A stretch of DNA of 64,000 bases. It comes from Vicugna vicugna. Its lineage: Eukaryota. Position 1 is the stretch's first letter, and every line of letters begins with the position of its first letter. The notes under the pieces were generated by a model. The model searched no databases. It saw only the letters and a list, made by a program, of their open reading frames with translations, and was not told the origin of the DNA. The stretch lies in the NCBI GenBank assembly GCA_013265495.1, contig MU058456.1, positions 248,001 through 312,000 of the forward strand, given 5' to 3'. Positions 1-12,519 of the stretch are shown in pieces. The position numbers and the translations under genes are program-made.

Positions 1-19
1 AAGACCAAGCTCTACAGAC

Positions 20-95
20 CAGGGTGAGTTTGGCCAAGTCAGTTTGCCTCCCAGAGCATAGATTTCCTCACCTAAAACCCAAGAGGTTGAGGGAA
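20..95 (+). mobile_element. MIR SINE core fragment
   Basis: gtgagtttggccaagtcagtttgcctcccagagcatagatttcctcacctaaaa resembles the MIR core (gtgaccttgggcaagttacttaacctctctgagcctcagtttcctcatctgtaaaa). Confidence 0.55.
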
Positions 96-241
96 AATGT
101 CCCTTTCAATCAGAAAATTGTGTCATTTTAGACATGGTAAAGCTTCAGAACCCAAGACCCACTTCCTTATTGATGGATGAAGAAACAGCCCAGTCACTTC
201 TCCCAACTCCCAAATCTGTGCTCAGAGCCACTCAGCAGTGT

Positions 242-295
242 AGCCATCATCACTGTGACTCTCTATTGAGCCATCAACACCATGACTCCTTACTG
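242..295. repeat. Degenerate 27-bp tandem duplication (2 units)
   Basis: agccatcatcactgtgactctctattg (242-268) vs agccatcaacaccatgactccttactg (269-295); 21/27 identical. Confidence 0.7.
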
Positions 296-3200
296 AGCAG
301 TCTACCGGACTTGGCACATGTGGTCAGGTACCCACTGTCAGCTTGGATGATGCTGGCAACCCAGTCAGTTTCAGGGTTCAGTTTGAAGGTGGACTTTAGA
401 GCGCTCTGGACAGTTCCTGGCACCTAATTTGCATGCATCCCTTTTGTGCAGTGTGGGTAGAGTGGGTGTGTAAAGGGAAATTAAAAGTTTTTAGAGTTCC
501 AAGCTCCTTATATACTCGAGGAGAGTAAAGGGTTCAATACTTCAATACTCAATTGGGTTGGGGTGACAGTGGACATAGATACCCTGGGATGCTGGGCACT
601 GGCCTGTGCCCTGCTCAGAGCACAGCATGGTGGAGATGGAGTTGGAGAGGCGTGAGGCATGAGGCGTGTGACACCAGGTTGGCAATAGAGGGGTGTGCGG
701 TGGTCCTCAGCATACTTCCTAGTAGTACTCACCTTAAAGGGCTGTAAACCACTTCCTTAAAAGAATCTGGTGACCTCCTCTAGGCAGGGGCACTAGTGTG
801 AGCTGTCTTCTAGACGTAAGCTGAAAGAATACTTAACTGGCTTACCAGGAGGGAGTTAGAGCTCAGGGACCCAAGGGAGAACTTTTCCAAAGCACTTGCT
901 CAGAATCCCTCTGGGGTACGGGGGTGTGGAGAGAGAAGGAGAGACAAACAGAAACAGAAACCCATAGACAGTTTGAGAAGACCTTCATAAACAAAGCTTT
1001 CCACCATCGCTTGGTGAGTATGTCCCTTTAAGAGGGAAAGAGGCTAGCTCCCATTGAGGTCTGCACACCAATAAACCACCAATAAACCTAGGAATTTGAA
1101 GATTCCTAATTCTACATGGGGAATTGTGTTCATAGCCAAACCCTTGAATTAAAAGTTGATTTCACCATCTCAGTGGGAGTGGATGGGGTGAGGAGTGAGA
1201 ATGGTACGGGTGTCTAACCTGAACAGATGAGTCATGGAAAAGAGCTTAAAGTATCTAGCCCCACCTCCCTTCCACCCCAGAAATCCCTCACATGACAGCT
1301 CAGACAGATGATCATGCAGGTTCTGTTTCAGTCTTTCCATTGAAAGGAAACTTACTCATCCTACCTCTTAGCAGTGATAGACTTGCATATCCCACTGTGG
1401 GACACCTTAATTGTTTAAAAACTTCTAACTTGTGTGAAATTAAGCAAGCCTAACCCTTGCTCATGGTTTTGTTCTCTAGATCTAAACGTTCAGGTGTATT
1501 GACTTTCAACATCTGTCATTCGAATTCTCAGCTGCCACTTTTACCCTCCCCTCGCCAAGTGGCTAACTATTTTCAGTTCATTCAGTTGTTGATCATACAG
1601 AGCACAACTGTAGGCTCCTTCCTGTTTTGCTTGATGTTCTCTGGTTTGTCAGTGTGAGCTATGTATGGCCCGTCTCCTTCCTACTGTCTGCAATCCAGGA
1701 GGGTCAGAACACCAGGCTTTCCTGTGTGTGGAAGCTGGGAGTCTCTGAGCCTCTCTGAAAGGTTTTCTGGCATTGTCTGGCTTGCTCTGTGCATAGCAAC
1801 TGTCTTTGCCCACGTGGGAATGCTGAGAGCTGGGAAGTTGGATGTTCCCAATAAGTATGGAAAACGTAGGTTGTAAAGACTTGCCTGTTCTCTTTGAGGA
1901 TTTGCCTATCCCCCACATCTCTTCTCATTTTCTCCCAGAGTGTGGTCCCCTAAAGCCCAAGGTTAAAGCACAAAATTAACTTTGGCCCTAAAGAAGAGTG
2001 GACAAGATGTGACATCCCTTACCTCTACTTCTCCATCCATCCACCCACCCACCCACACATGCAATCTTTTATCCACATGTATTGAGCACTGACTGTACCA
2101 GGCTGTTTACTAGTCATGGTGATAGTACCTGTGAGATGTGGGTTCCTGCCAACCAACCTCTGTTCTCTTCCTGAGCCCCACTTCTCTGAGCAGCCAGAGA
2201 CTCCAAGAAGATATAAGAAGATTAAGACGGCACCTCAAGAAGGTCACAACCTAAAATAAGTTTAAAATGAGTATTTCCAATGGGTGCGGGGACAAAGAGA
2301 GTTCCCCAATTAAAGACATGTTAGAATCTCAGGCAGTGGGATGGGAATAGGAGAATTGGAGATAGGGAGAAGTAGCAAGCTTAGTTCAAAAAGCATTAGC
2401 TTAGATCACCATTATGCCTTTTACTTAGTTGAAGTTGATATTCTTAATTTACTTGAAATTTATACAACTCTAAAAGAGAGTGAGAGGTTTTCACATTTAT
2501 TACAATGGGGCACGGATTTTAGAAATTGCCAAGAACTCCTGGCTTAGAGCAGATTTGGAAGGGGGGGCTCTCCCCTCGCTCTGTCTTTGCTCCCCGCCTC
2601 CTGAGATGGATATGGCTGGTTTTACTCTCACTGCTTGTAGCTTACAGGTCACTGATTTTGATGAACGGAGCATCTTTTCTTGGCACATCCTATAGATCAG
2701 TTTCTGGGACCTTCTCTCCTTAGGGTCTCTGGCTGCTCAGAGGTGGGCCTCTCACAGAGGAAGAGAGGTTAGTTAGCAGGGACATCTCTACCTGCTACCG
2801 GGCCACCCTGCAGACCACTTTCTTCAAGATATCCTCAAACTCTCGCTGCTCCTGTACCTGTGAATACCCTAAACCTTTTCCCTCAGGGGAAGTGAGTCCA
2901 GGCCAAAGGTAGTTGAAGCCCCCACCCCCCCAGCCGAAGTGCCCGTATCCCAGAGGGTCATGCCCAGGGATATAGAACACGTGGCTGTAATGTAGTTCCT
3001 AGTGGGAAAGACTTCTTTTTTTTTTTGATTTTCACTAAATACTTAATTTAGTTAATTTTTTTAGGACACTTCTTAACCGCAGGCAGGGAAACATGGCAGG
3101 GTTCCAGCATCTCATCTAACTGCCTTGCCTGGCTGTTGGCATCAGAGAGAACACATCCCTACCTCTGTGTTCTCATCCCCATTCCAGAATGTGCACTTTC

Positions 3201-3703
3201 TGCCCAGTGTCAGTTTCCAGGTCAAATAGCCCAGAGATTTATCCTACCCTAGGTCCAGGGGAACATTGTTCCTTTAGCTAAGCACCTGTCAGTTCTAGGT
3301 GGGATTTTCCTGTGGCCAGGAAGACAGGCTTCAGTCAGGCCTAGCTGAGTGCTGGGTAGAACCAATAAAAGTTGGTGGAATGGAAGGCAGATGGGGCGTG
3401 GTCTTTACCAGGTAGAAGTCTTGAATTCTGGTAATGGTTTTCCTGGAGGAAAGCATCCCCTTGTATACTGAGAGTGAAGACCTGGTCCAGATCTACTTTC
3501 CACTCAGTTACCCACAGAGAAGCCGGGATGGGCCATGTGGATTAGGGAGCCTGGAGCTGAGATGGAAAGCCTGATGTGCCCAGTATGTCTGAAACCGGGA
3601 GAGCAGAGGGACCCTGGGGTCTCCCCAGCTTGGGAGGCCTGGGGCAGGGGGAGTCTCAGAGGAGGCAGTCCATTAAAACCCCATCCGTCTCAGTCAGCAG
3701 GAG

Positions 3704-3875
3704 CAGGGATAGCTACATAGTTTGATGGCTCAGTTAAAAATGAAAATGTGAGTCCTCTTGTTCAAAAATTATCAAGAATTTCATGATGACCGCAGGGCAC
3801 TAACCAAAGCACAGACTCTTCTAAGGGCAGGGCCCTGTGTGACCACCGAGGTCCCGCGCTCATGAGGCTGCCCAG
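3704..3875 (-). mobile_element. MER91A-like non-autonomous hAT (Tip100) DNA transposon
   Basis: Reverse complement follows the MER91A pattern (cagggccggcttcatg...acagggccc...ttgaaattcttaataatttttgaacaaggggcccc...cattttcatttt...atgtagc...cctg) over ~170 bp. Confidence 0.75.
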
Positions 3876-4094
3876 GCATGGAGTCACGGCCTGTCCCTGT
3901 TCTGAAAGCAGCGAGGTCAGCTGCTCTGCGATGCATCCGCTTTCACTCTCTCCTGTCCCGTCCGCATTCAGCCCACTTTGTTCTGATTCTGGATCCACTC
4001 TGTTTGGTCTCATTCCCCTGCCCTGTTGTTAGCCACTTGCAAGTCTGAGGTTCTCCATGCTAGTAACACTGTTGCAGTTTGTCACGGTCACCAT

Positions 4095-4280
4095 GCCCCT
4101 GGCAGAAATGCTCTGTATACATTATCTCTATTCATTCAGAAACACTCAGGAGGTAAGGGTTTTTAATCCCCGGTTTATAGAGACACTAAATGATTTGGCC
4201 AAGGCCACACAATTTATAAATGGCAGAACCAAGATCAGGATGGTTTTAAAAACCCATGCTCTTTCCTTTAACCACCTAGT
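4095..4280 (-). mobile_element. MIR SINE fragment
   Basis: ttaatccccggtttatagagacactaaatgatttggccaaggccacacaa...ggcagaacc...cccatgctctttccttta; degenerate antisense MIR. Confidence 0.6.
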
Positions 4281-7217
4281 CTTTGAGGGCACAGTAGAGT
4301 CTTGTTAATTTTTGTGTCATCTGCAGGCCCTTTTACCTTGCGGGCCCTCAATATTCTGCTTTTTTTCCCCTCTGCCAGGGGACATAGTAGGAGAAGCAGT
4401 GACATGTGGACCTAGAGAGAATTAGGAGTCTCGACTCCCAGGTAGCATTCTGCTTCCCACGCCCTGGTGCCGTCCTGTCCATGTCTGAGCACAGTGGAGG
4501 GAAGGTGGCTGCTGGGTGCTTCCCAGATTCTGGGCTCCACTGATGTTAAGGCTTCCGTGACTTGGGCCTGATCTGCACACCTTCCTGCTTCTCACCAGGA
4601 CTGAGCTCATTCCCACCTACCGCATCATTCTCCTGGGTCGTCTGCCTGAACCTTATTTCTTCTGTGGCCAGGGATGTGGGCTGACAACGCAGAAGTTCAG
4701 CAACTTCCTCTCTTTCCCAGACTCAGCCAGCGCAGGTCTGGAACAGCCATTCTTTGCTCCCTTGGGCTTCCCTTTTCAGCCTTCCAGAGGGAAGCCTTCC
4801 CAAGCAGAGGGAAAGCCCAGTCACTGTCACTTCTCCAGGAAAGAGAGAAAAGAGCGAGGGAACACGTGAGCAAGGAGGGAGTTTCTCACTGAAGCTGTGA
4901 TTTCACGCCCCACTCTTGCGAGGCAGGAGGGGCGCGGGAGGTGAGCAGTGCCCTGGGTGAGGCCATTGTGCGTGGCTGAGGTCTCATCTCATGTTTAATC
5001 AGAGCCCCTTCCTTCGGGGAGCCTGCAGGAAATTGGGAGGGTGGGTTTGGGCAACACTGAAGAATTCACGTAAAGCCTCACTGCCCTCCTGCCTTCTAAA
5101 GCGAGACTCACGCTATGCTTGACAGACACGTGCCACCATGGACAGGTCGGGTGGCCCGAGAGCCTTTGCTTTGGGGTGTTGTTGTCCCCCCCTCCCCAGG
5201 TCCCACAGCCCGGACACCTCATCAGGCCTGGCTCTTTGTGACTTTGATCTGATTCTTGCCCTGCCTGACTGAGCTCCCCCAAGTCTCTGAGTTTGCCCAC
5301 TAATTTAAGAGCGCCCCGTTCACCTTCTCCTCTTGTTTTCCTCTGGATGGGATTAGGCTAGTGCCTTTGTGCAGCTTGGGGTTTCACTTCGCCGAGTTCC
5401 CTTCCCCCGGCTTCTAATGAAGAACAAATTAAGAGGACTTGTAGGGATATTCTGCTGATTCTTACTGTTTGGGGAAAAGGGGGTTGTGTTGGCAAATCTC
5501 ATTTTGAAACCGTCACTTCTATGTCTAGAATATTCAACAAGACAGGTTTTTACATAAATAATGTGGACAATTGATAGTATGTGCCTGCTGGGCCATAAGG
5601 GATTTCCTCTTTGGAATCACAATTTAAGCGCTGAGATTCTGAGAGCTAACCAGAGTTTCCATTCGGAAGGCTCTGTTCTCTTGAGTCCTTCTGCGTGAGC
5701 TGGTTCAGGCTTTATGCTGTTTTGCTAATCTCAGTTCCTGTATTTAGCAGCAGCAGAGGAAGACCCAAACCTGCTCTTCTGATGTTTATTTGACTATTGA
5801 GGCGAGTTGTTCATTTGCTGAAAAGGACAAAATCAAAGACCAGCGGGCTCTAGAATATTGCTCGGGTGTGTGGGTGAATATATGCATGCTTTTGTGTGTA
5901 CATGAGTATACACTTACTTTCCAGTTTTAGGGACTGAGACATGAGCACCACCCTGAAATAAAGTCAAGACCAGGTTGGAAAGAATATATTCTTTTTTATT
6001 CCTTTTTTTCCCCCAAAGATGCTGCGTTCAGGGGCAGCTGTAATTATACCTTCTGTTTACCGCTTGCCATGAACTGTTGCATCGTCTTGTTTATCTTTCG
6101 ATATGTCATTGTGGATGAAAGACAAAAGGCATCATCCGATTTCAGGAGGAAGAAGGAAGTCAGAAGCAAGCTGGAATTTGAGACCACAGCTCTCTATAAA
6201 TGTCTGACTGGGGAAAGAGAATTCTATCTACTGGACTTGGCGCTCAGACAATGCCTCAAAAGATGGGCAGGCGTCCAAGGGCCATTAGGAAAGCCCTTTC
6301 CCTGGAGATGGGGGATGAGGGGATGTGGTAAAAGATGGCCCGAGACTGTAGCCGCCAGAGACTGCTGATGAAAACTGTGCATACCTGAAAGAGCGAATCA
6401 CTCTTGTTTTTCAGTGATTGTGCTGGATTTTGAAATTAAACCCAGCGGGGAGAACATACCTGGCTGAGCTCAGGAGCAGCGCCAGGCTTGTGGGCTGAGA
6501 ACATCTATTTTTCAAGCTCTGGGGCTCTGCGCCTGCCCTGCTGTGGCTTCCATGTGACCAGTCTCCAGCTTGGTGATCTTGTTTTAGCTCTACTTTAGGA
6601 AGGGAGGAAGCAGATTTTGTCCCAGGAGCGTGATGGGGAGGGAAAGGGAGGTGGCTCAGGTAGTAAATCCCAGCTCCTTCTTTGTGTTTCCACTTCTAGT
6701 AGGTGTTCATTCTACTCTACTTAGGGGTGACTTAAACTGTCCACAGTAAAGACCAGTTCTTAGAAAGCCTCAGAAATTTCTAATTCAATTAGAATTTACT
6801 CAGTGCTGAACAGAGGTGCTGGGTATCTCCTTTTTAGCAAGGCTTGGGTTCCAGGGGCAGCGTGGAGGGTGAAAATTGCATGGGGTCAAATTTATGCTTG
6901 GGATTCACTTAATTCATCTGTAAGTCTGCTTCAGGATGCTGAGACCAGGCAAGGCTGGGAAAGCAGTCCCATTGGAGGGACCCTTTCCTCTGGAGCTCAC
7001 TTTGGGGGCTTTGTTCCATATAGGATGCAGTTTCACTGCACCAGTGGGTGATCCAAAAATATGCATTTGCCTGTGTGGAAGAAAAAAGAAGTAAAAAGAG
7101 GAGAGAAAGAGAGAGGAGAGGAGTTGGGGGTGGTGAGAGAGAAACTCCGGTCTTAATAACCTCAGCCTGAGCTCAGGGACCCTCTGGCTTCACTGTGACA
7201 CATTTACAGGGCCTCTA

Positions 7218-7390
7218 GCTAATAATAATAGCTAACATATTGCACTGAAAAGTGCTAGGCACCAATCTAAGCACTTTCACATGTTAACTCATTCAATAAC
7301 TGTAAGGTGAAACTTAATTATCCCATTTTATAGCTGAGGAGACCAAGTCGTAGGGCCCATTCACAGTTTTGTCCCGGCAATAGCTTAACA
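7218..7390 (-). mobile_element. MIR SINE
   Basis: aataataatagctaacat...aagtgctaggcaccaatctaagcactttcacatgttaactcattcaat...attatcccattttatagctgaggagacc = antisense MIR tail plus core. Confidence 0.75.
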
Positions 7391-8294
7391 TGAAGATGGG
7401 TGCAGGAGCTTGTGGGCAGAGCCACTGAGAGGAACCGGACTTTTCTTTCGCAGGCGCAGTAGGGGAGCTGCTGGGGGAGGACCTGCCCCCTTGTGCTCAG
7501 CGGCACCTGGCGCCTCGTACCTCCTGGCTTTTGTACAGGCTGCTCTCCCTGCTACGCACTCTCCTTTTGCCATGGGAACTTTCACTCATGCCTCCCTGGC
7601 TATGGGAGCTGGGTTAGGGTCCCTACCCCACGGCCCGAATTTGCTCTGTCTGGTCCTCTGACCTCATTTCAAGGTGCTTCAGGACAGGGTTACTGGCTCC
7701 TTCACTGTTGGTCCACAGCCCTCAGCACGGTGCCTGGCTCACTGTTCTCATTCGATGTTAGCCGAATGGGTGTGGAGTTAAGTACAGAGCTACAGGGCAT
7801 CACTTCCTATCCAGTTTCTAAAACACAGGCACCTCCCTCTTAACACCAGTAACCGGCTTCTAAAAATCAGATATTCTGCACAAAAATGCTAACCAGAGCC
7901 TATTTCCTATTACCTGAAGTGGGAAAAATTACAGTGTGTCACACATCAATTCCACATCCCCAAGCAATTTCTTAAAATGTAACTGAAACATAGTAAAACG
8001 CCTACATGTAAATAAAACACTCTCATATTAGAATGTAAAATGCTTAAAACAGTCCTTCCTAATCCCGGACTATTAATGTGGTTGTTGACAGACAACTTCT
8101 CTGCGTGCAGTAGGATTTCCTCTTCCAATAGCACAGCTTTTCTCTTCAAGGTTTTCTTCAACCTTTTCTCAGGGACTTGTTGTATAACACTAAGCAAAAG
8201 TCAGAGCAGATTATCCAAGGCTTGTGGAAATACGTTCAGGGCAAGGATAGAGAGAATGGCTCACACTGAGTCTGAAATTTTACCAATTGAATTT

Positions 8295-8455
8295 TTTTTT
8301 TAATTGAAGTGTAGTCGATTTTCAATGTTGTGTTAGATTCTGGTGTACAGCACAGTGATTCATTTTTACATGTATGTTATTCTTCATATTGTTTTTCATT
8401 ATAGGCTATTACAAGGTATTGAATATAGTTCCCTGTGCTGTACAGTAGGACCTTG
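8295..8455 (-). mobile_element. 5'-truncated LINE-1 3' end with 17-bp TSD
   Basis: polyT then aattgaagtgtagtcgattttcaatgttgtgttag...ttgaatatagttccctgtgctgtacagtagg (L1 3'UTR antisense). TSD ttttac(c/g)aattgaattt at 8278-8294 and 8456-8472. Confidence 0.9.
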
Positions 8456-8689
8456 TTTTACGAATTGAATTTGGAATGTAGCTTAAGTTTTTCTCCACAC
8501 GTTGTTTGGTATAAAATGATGCATTGACTTTTTGAGATGTCAATATAATTTTTTTCTAAAATTCCTACATTGCATGAAAAAATTTGATCCTAGCCAGTGC
8601 CTGCTTCCTTTGCTTCTTTCCTTTTCTCCTCCTTCCTTCTTTCTTTCAAAGCACTTGGTTCTATAGAATTTGGATGTGACCTCTAAAGG

Positions 8690-8884
8690 GGTCTAGAATG
8701 TACCCCTGTGGCATTAGGCTCCAAATTTCAACCACTTCTTTGGACCACTTCCTTTGTAAGCTCCCATACAGAGAAGTGAACAAACTTGTCTTTTCTCTTG
8801 GTGATCTCTCTTGTGTCAGTTTAATTTGCAGGTTTCCAAACCCTGAACCTTAGAGTTGGTGGAAAATTTTTTCCTCCTTGATAC
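8690..8884 (+). mobile_element. ERV1-type LTR remnant (internally deleted)
   Basis: 3' part tctcttgtgtcagtttaatttgcagg...ctgaaccttagag...ggaaaattttttcctcc resembles the U5 end of laurasiatherian ERV1 LTRs. Confidence 0.55.
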
Positions 8885-9289
8885 TAAGAAATGTTCTATT
8901 AGGAAATTGTAAATTAGAAATAATTCTGAAGTCTGTGCCTTTATTTTCAAACTTTAAAAAGGTCAACATATGCTTGAAAAGGACAGAGCATGGTGTTTTC
9001 TAAAGTTTGCATGAATAGCAATGCCTACATGATTCACCTGTTAGTCCTCTAGGGGCCTGAGACCTGCACCTAACTCTTGGGCCATGTCCTTGAAGTAGGG
9101 TTGCATCCCAGTTGAGAAATCTGCCTGCATGGCCCTTGGCTCCTGGCCATCCCTCCATCTCTCTGCTCTATGGAGATGCTCCAAATTCTTGCCTCATTGG
9201 TTTGATTAGGTCACTAAAGCCTTTGTTATAGAAACAAACATGATAGCAGAGACACTGATACTGGTTTTCTGGTTTTCTCCTTCTTTCAA

Positions 9290-9420
9290 TTGGTAATAGA
9301 ACCCCTGACTTTTAGCTGGGCATAGAATAAAGGCTACAGTTCCCAGCCTCCTTTTCGGATGTGTCTGTACAACTCACCAATGGAATGTCAGTGGAAGTGA
9401 TGTTTGCTGGTGTGATGCAT
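9290..9420 (+). mobile_element. ERVL LTR fragment (LTR16/LTR33-like)
   Basis: ttcccagcctcc...ccaatggaatgtcagtggaagtgatgt motif typical of LTR16/LTR33. Confidence 0.5.
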
Positions 9421-9499
9421 GGAAGCCAGGAGGCCAACAAAGATTCCCAGCTTTCTCATATGAGCAGTTTTACCCAAGATGAGCCCTGTGCAAACTATT

Positions 9500-9790
9500 G
9501 AGAGCTCAAAGTCCACTTTGAGTAAAACCAGGGACATGTTCAGCTCAGTGTCTGGTGAGAAGTAGGTACTCAACAAATATATATGTGTTGAGGGGACAGT
9601 AAAGTTCAGTGGTAGAGCGCCTGCTTAGCATGTGCAAGGTCCTGGGTTCAATCCCCAGTACTTCCATTAAAAATAAATAAATAAACCTAATTACCACCCC
9701 CCCCACCACCAAAAAAGAGAATTCTAATTAAAAAAATTAAAATAAAACCCCAAATACGTACATGTTGAGTGAACGAATGGAGAAATAAGT
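9500..9790 (+). mobile_element. LINE-2 3' tail interrupted by a SINE
   Basis: cagtgtctggtgagaagtaggtactcaacaaata...tgttgagtgaacgaatg matches the L2 3' end; split by the SINE at 9593-9750. Confidence 0.7.
9593..9750 (+). mobile_element. tRNA-Ala(AGC)-derived SINE, camelid vic-1-like
   Basis: tRNA head with A box (ttcagtggtagagc), anticodon loop cttagcat and B box (gggttcaatccc), followed by attaaaaataaataaataaacctaattaccaccccc and an A-rich tail. 19-bp TSD at 9574-9592 and 9751-9769. Confidence 0.9.
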
Positions 9791-12519
9791 GGACTACACA
9801 GAAGTCTGGGTGTTCGCACTGAAGGACTGTCATCCTTCATTATTCAGGACAGACAACTTATTAGCCTTAGTTCAGCTTTCAGTGTCCCCCCCCAGGTTGG
9901 CCACTGCTGTCACCTGCATGTCTCCATTACCTGTCCAAGATCTCTCTGGCTTGGTCATGGGAGCACTTTCTCACTTTGTGTGCCCATGTGCCACAGTCCT
10001 ACTGCTTTGTGTGGTATGATGGCAGCCCTTGAAGAATCAAGGTTGAAACCAAAGCATGCTGTTTTGTGCAGTTTGCTAATCTGTTCTATATTATAGCCAG
10101 TTTCTTTTAAAAATTTATCCCTGGACCCAAGTGGAGATTATCAAATAAAGGAACAGAAACTCATTTCTTGTGTGGCAAGAGGTGAGTGCAATGTCTTAGA
10201 GGGTAACAGCCTCCCCCCACCCCACCCCCCAGATAAAGTTGGCAGAGCCTGTTTGAAGCCTTTTAGGGCCAGTGACCAAGAAATGCAGGAGTTTTCAGAT
10301 GTTAATTTTCTTGCACTGGGTGTAGGCTGGCTTGAACTTTGTTCTTGATAGAATCAGGCCTTAGGGTGAACCAACCCTCCTGCATAGTGGCTGCAGCCAT
10401 CTAAGGAGGGAGATAAGCCTGATGCTGGTTCAAGGGGGCCCTCGGAGCAGTTTGCCTGCATCACTAACAGTCTGCCCTTGGATTTTTATCTTTTTGTTTG
10501 GAAAAAATATCGCAAGTACATGAGGCTTAACAGCATTGATTGTCTTGATAGTTTGTTGATTAAGTCCAGGAGATGCTTGCCTCTGCAAATACATCTTATT
10601 AGGTGTGATCAGGCAAGTAAATTGTCCCTGCCCTTCAGCATGCTGCAATAATTAAGTCTAATACTAACAACCAAAAGTTAATCATAGCACGTGCGAAGCC
10701 AGGCTCCCTCTGCCTGCAAAAACTCTTTCCCACCATGGCTTCAAGGTGTTAGTGCTGAGACTTGGAACAGATTTTTTGAAAAAGAGCCTTTCCTTCCAGT
10801 AAAACCATTCCACATATTATTATTTTAATTTAATTAGGTTTTAAAAAGGTTAACCATGACATTTTAATAGCTTAAGCTCACATTCATATTCTAGGGAACA
10901 CTGTTTAGCCCAACTGCCTATGATTCAAAAGGATTTTTTTGTTTTTTCCCCAGAAAAGGAATTGGCTGTTAGGACAATTACTGAAAAATAGCTTTCATTT
11001 GATGAAGATGGGTATCTGGCTATTAAAAGACAGTTATTGAAATAAAAAACATATAAGACGTTGAAAAATGTTAAAGCCTTAGCTTGACGCTGCTTATCTA
11101 GGGGAAAGGAAGACTGGGCAGTGTGTTTATGGAGATTACCCCAAAGGCGGCTGATGTCCTTAGGCAATGAGCAAATTAGCCAACTGTGCTTGTGTTGGGC
11201 TGTGTGTTGTCAACCTAATGTTTTATTTATTTGCCTGAGAGCTGCTGTCTTCATTAGGGAGTTTAGGGAGCAAAGCAAGATGATATTTATTAGCCTGGCA
11301 AAGTAATAAACTCTGCTCATGTTTCTTCTTTTTCTATCATGGCTAATCATTGTTTGTTTTTTTTTTAAATGGCCGTTTGAAATGTGAATGGATCTTGTGG
11401 GAACAGGAGTCAACTGTAACTTCCTGTAGAGGGAGGCGGCAAGGAATTGTGCAGACTGACGTGTGTATGGCCACTGTGTGCCAAGCTTTGTGCTGGCTCT
11501 TGGGGTATAGAGATGCTGGGGCCGTCCTCTGAACACTCACCATCAGCTGCGAGCTGCCATTGACTTTACAACTGACTCATTATACAGTGTAATAGGCACT
11601 ATTCTCTCCCCAAAGAAGCACAAGGGACAAGTAATTAGTTCAGCTTGCTGGGACTGTTGATGGCTGCAAAAAGTCGGGAGGGGCTGGGTCTTGAAAAACT
11701 AGAAGGATCTATATCTGCAAGAGCTGTGCATAGCCCTCTGTTTCTTTAGCTCCAAGTGCCTGCTTCCAGTGAAACCTTCGTCTCTTCTCCTTGTCTTTCC
11801 TCCTGTACACACTGTCCTTTCTGCACATCATCTCCCCGACATGGGCACAGCCCCCTTTCCTTCAGTTCTCCACGGCACACAAAGCCGTGATGTTATTGAA
11901 AGACCATAGGTACCAAAGCTGGTTACATTGCTGTATCACGTAATAGATGATTTTCACAAAATCAAAAGAAAAAATTGGACAATAGATACCCTTGTTTTTG
12001 AAACGTCCTCATTTTCACTGGCTCTGCTTGCCACCCTCTTTGCTTTGATCTTCCATGTTCTTTCTCCTTCTTGACATCTCTTTTCCCTCTCCCTGTTCGC
12101 TTTACTCTTTCCTGGCAGATGGCCTTTGGAAACCGACCTCCAGGAAGAAGAAGAGGAGACGCTGAACTGAGCCAGCCCCAGTTGTTCTTCTGAAATTTAC
12201 CCATCATGGTGTACATTAGGGAAGAGAAACTCCCAGAGGAGGATTGAGAACTGGAGTGGGGAGAGGCCAGGATAACTTCTCATCTTGGAAATGATCCTAA
12301 GCCTGCTGCAATCTATTAATTTCTCATTCTCTGTTCTCAGCCTAGCCTGACTAGTTTTCATTTCTAAATGTAAAACAGTGGCTGAAAAGAGTCTGTGGTT
12401 TTCAACGCTTTACTGCTCAGATAGCGTCAGAGTGTATTCTTTTGCTGTTTAACTGCCATCATCCTTCAGGTGTGACGTGTCATATGCCAGCCAGCAGACA
12501 TCTTGAGTCTTTACTGGTT

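Noticed and set aside
727..832. Possible minus-strand 88-nt exon (acceptor near 821, donor AAG|GTGAGT near 732)
   Set aside because: Short pyrimidine tract and a stop codon in the longest frame; such site pairs occur by chance in 64 kb.
6019..6039. 21-nt micro-exon after the pyrimidine tract at 5988-6018
   Set aside because: The only nearby donor (GCT|GTAATT) is weak; no other support.
9593..9667. Functional tRNA-Ala gene
   Set aside because: The 5' acceptor stem and D-arm are disrupted, and it carries a SINE tail and TSD, so it is a retroposed copy.
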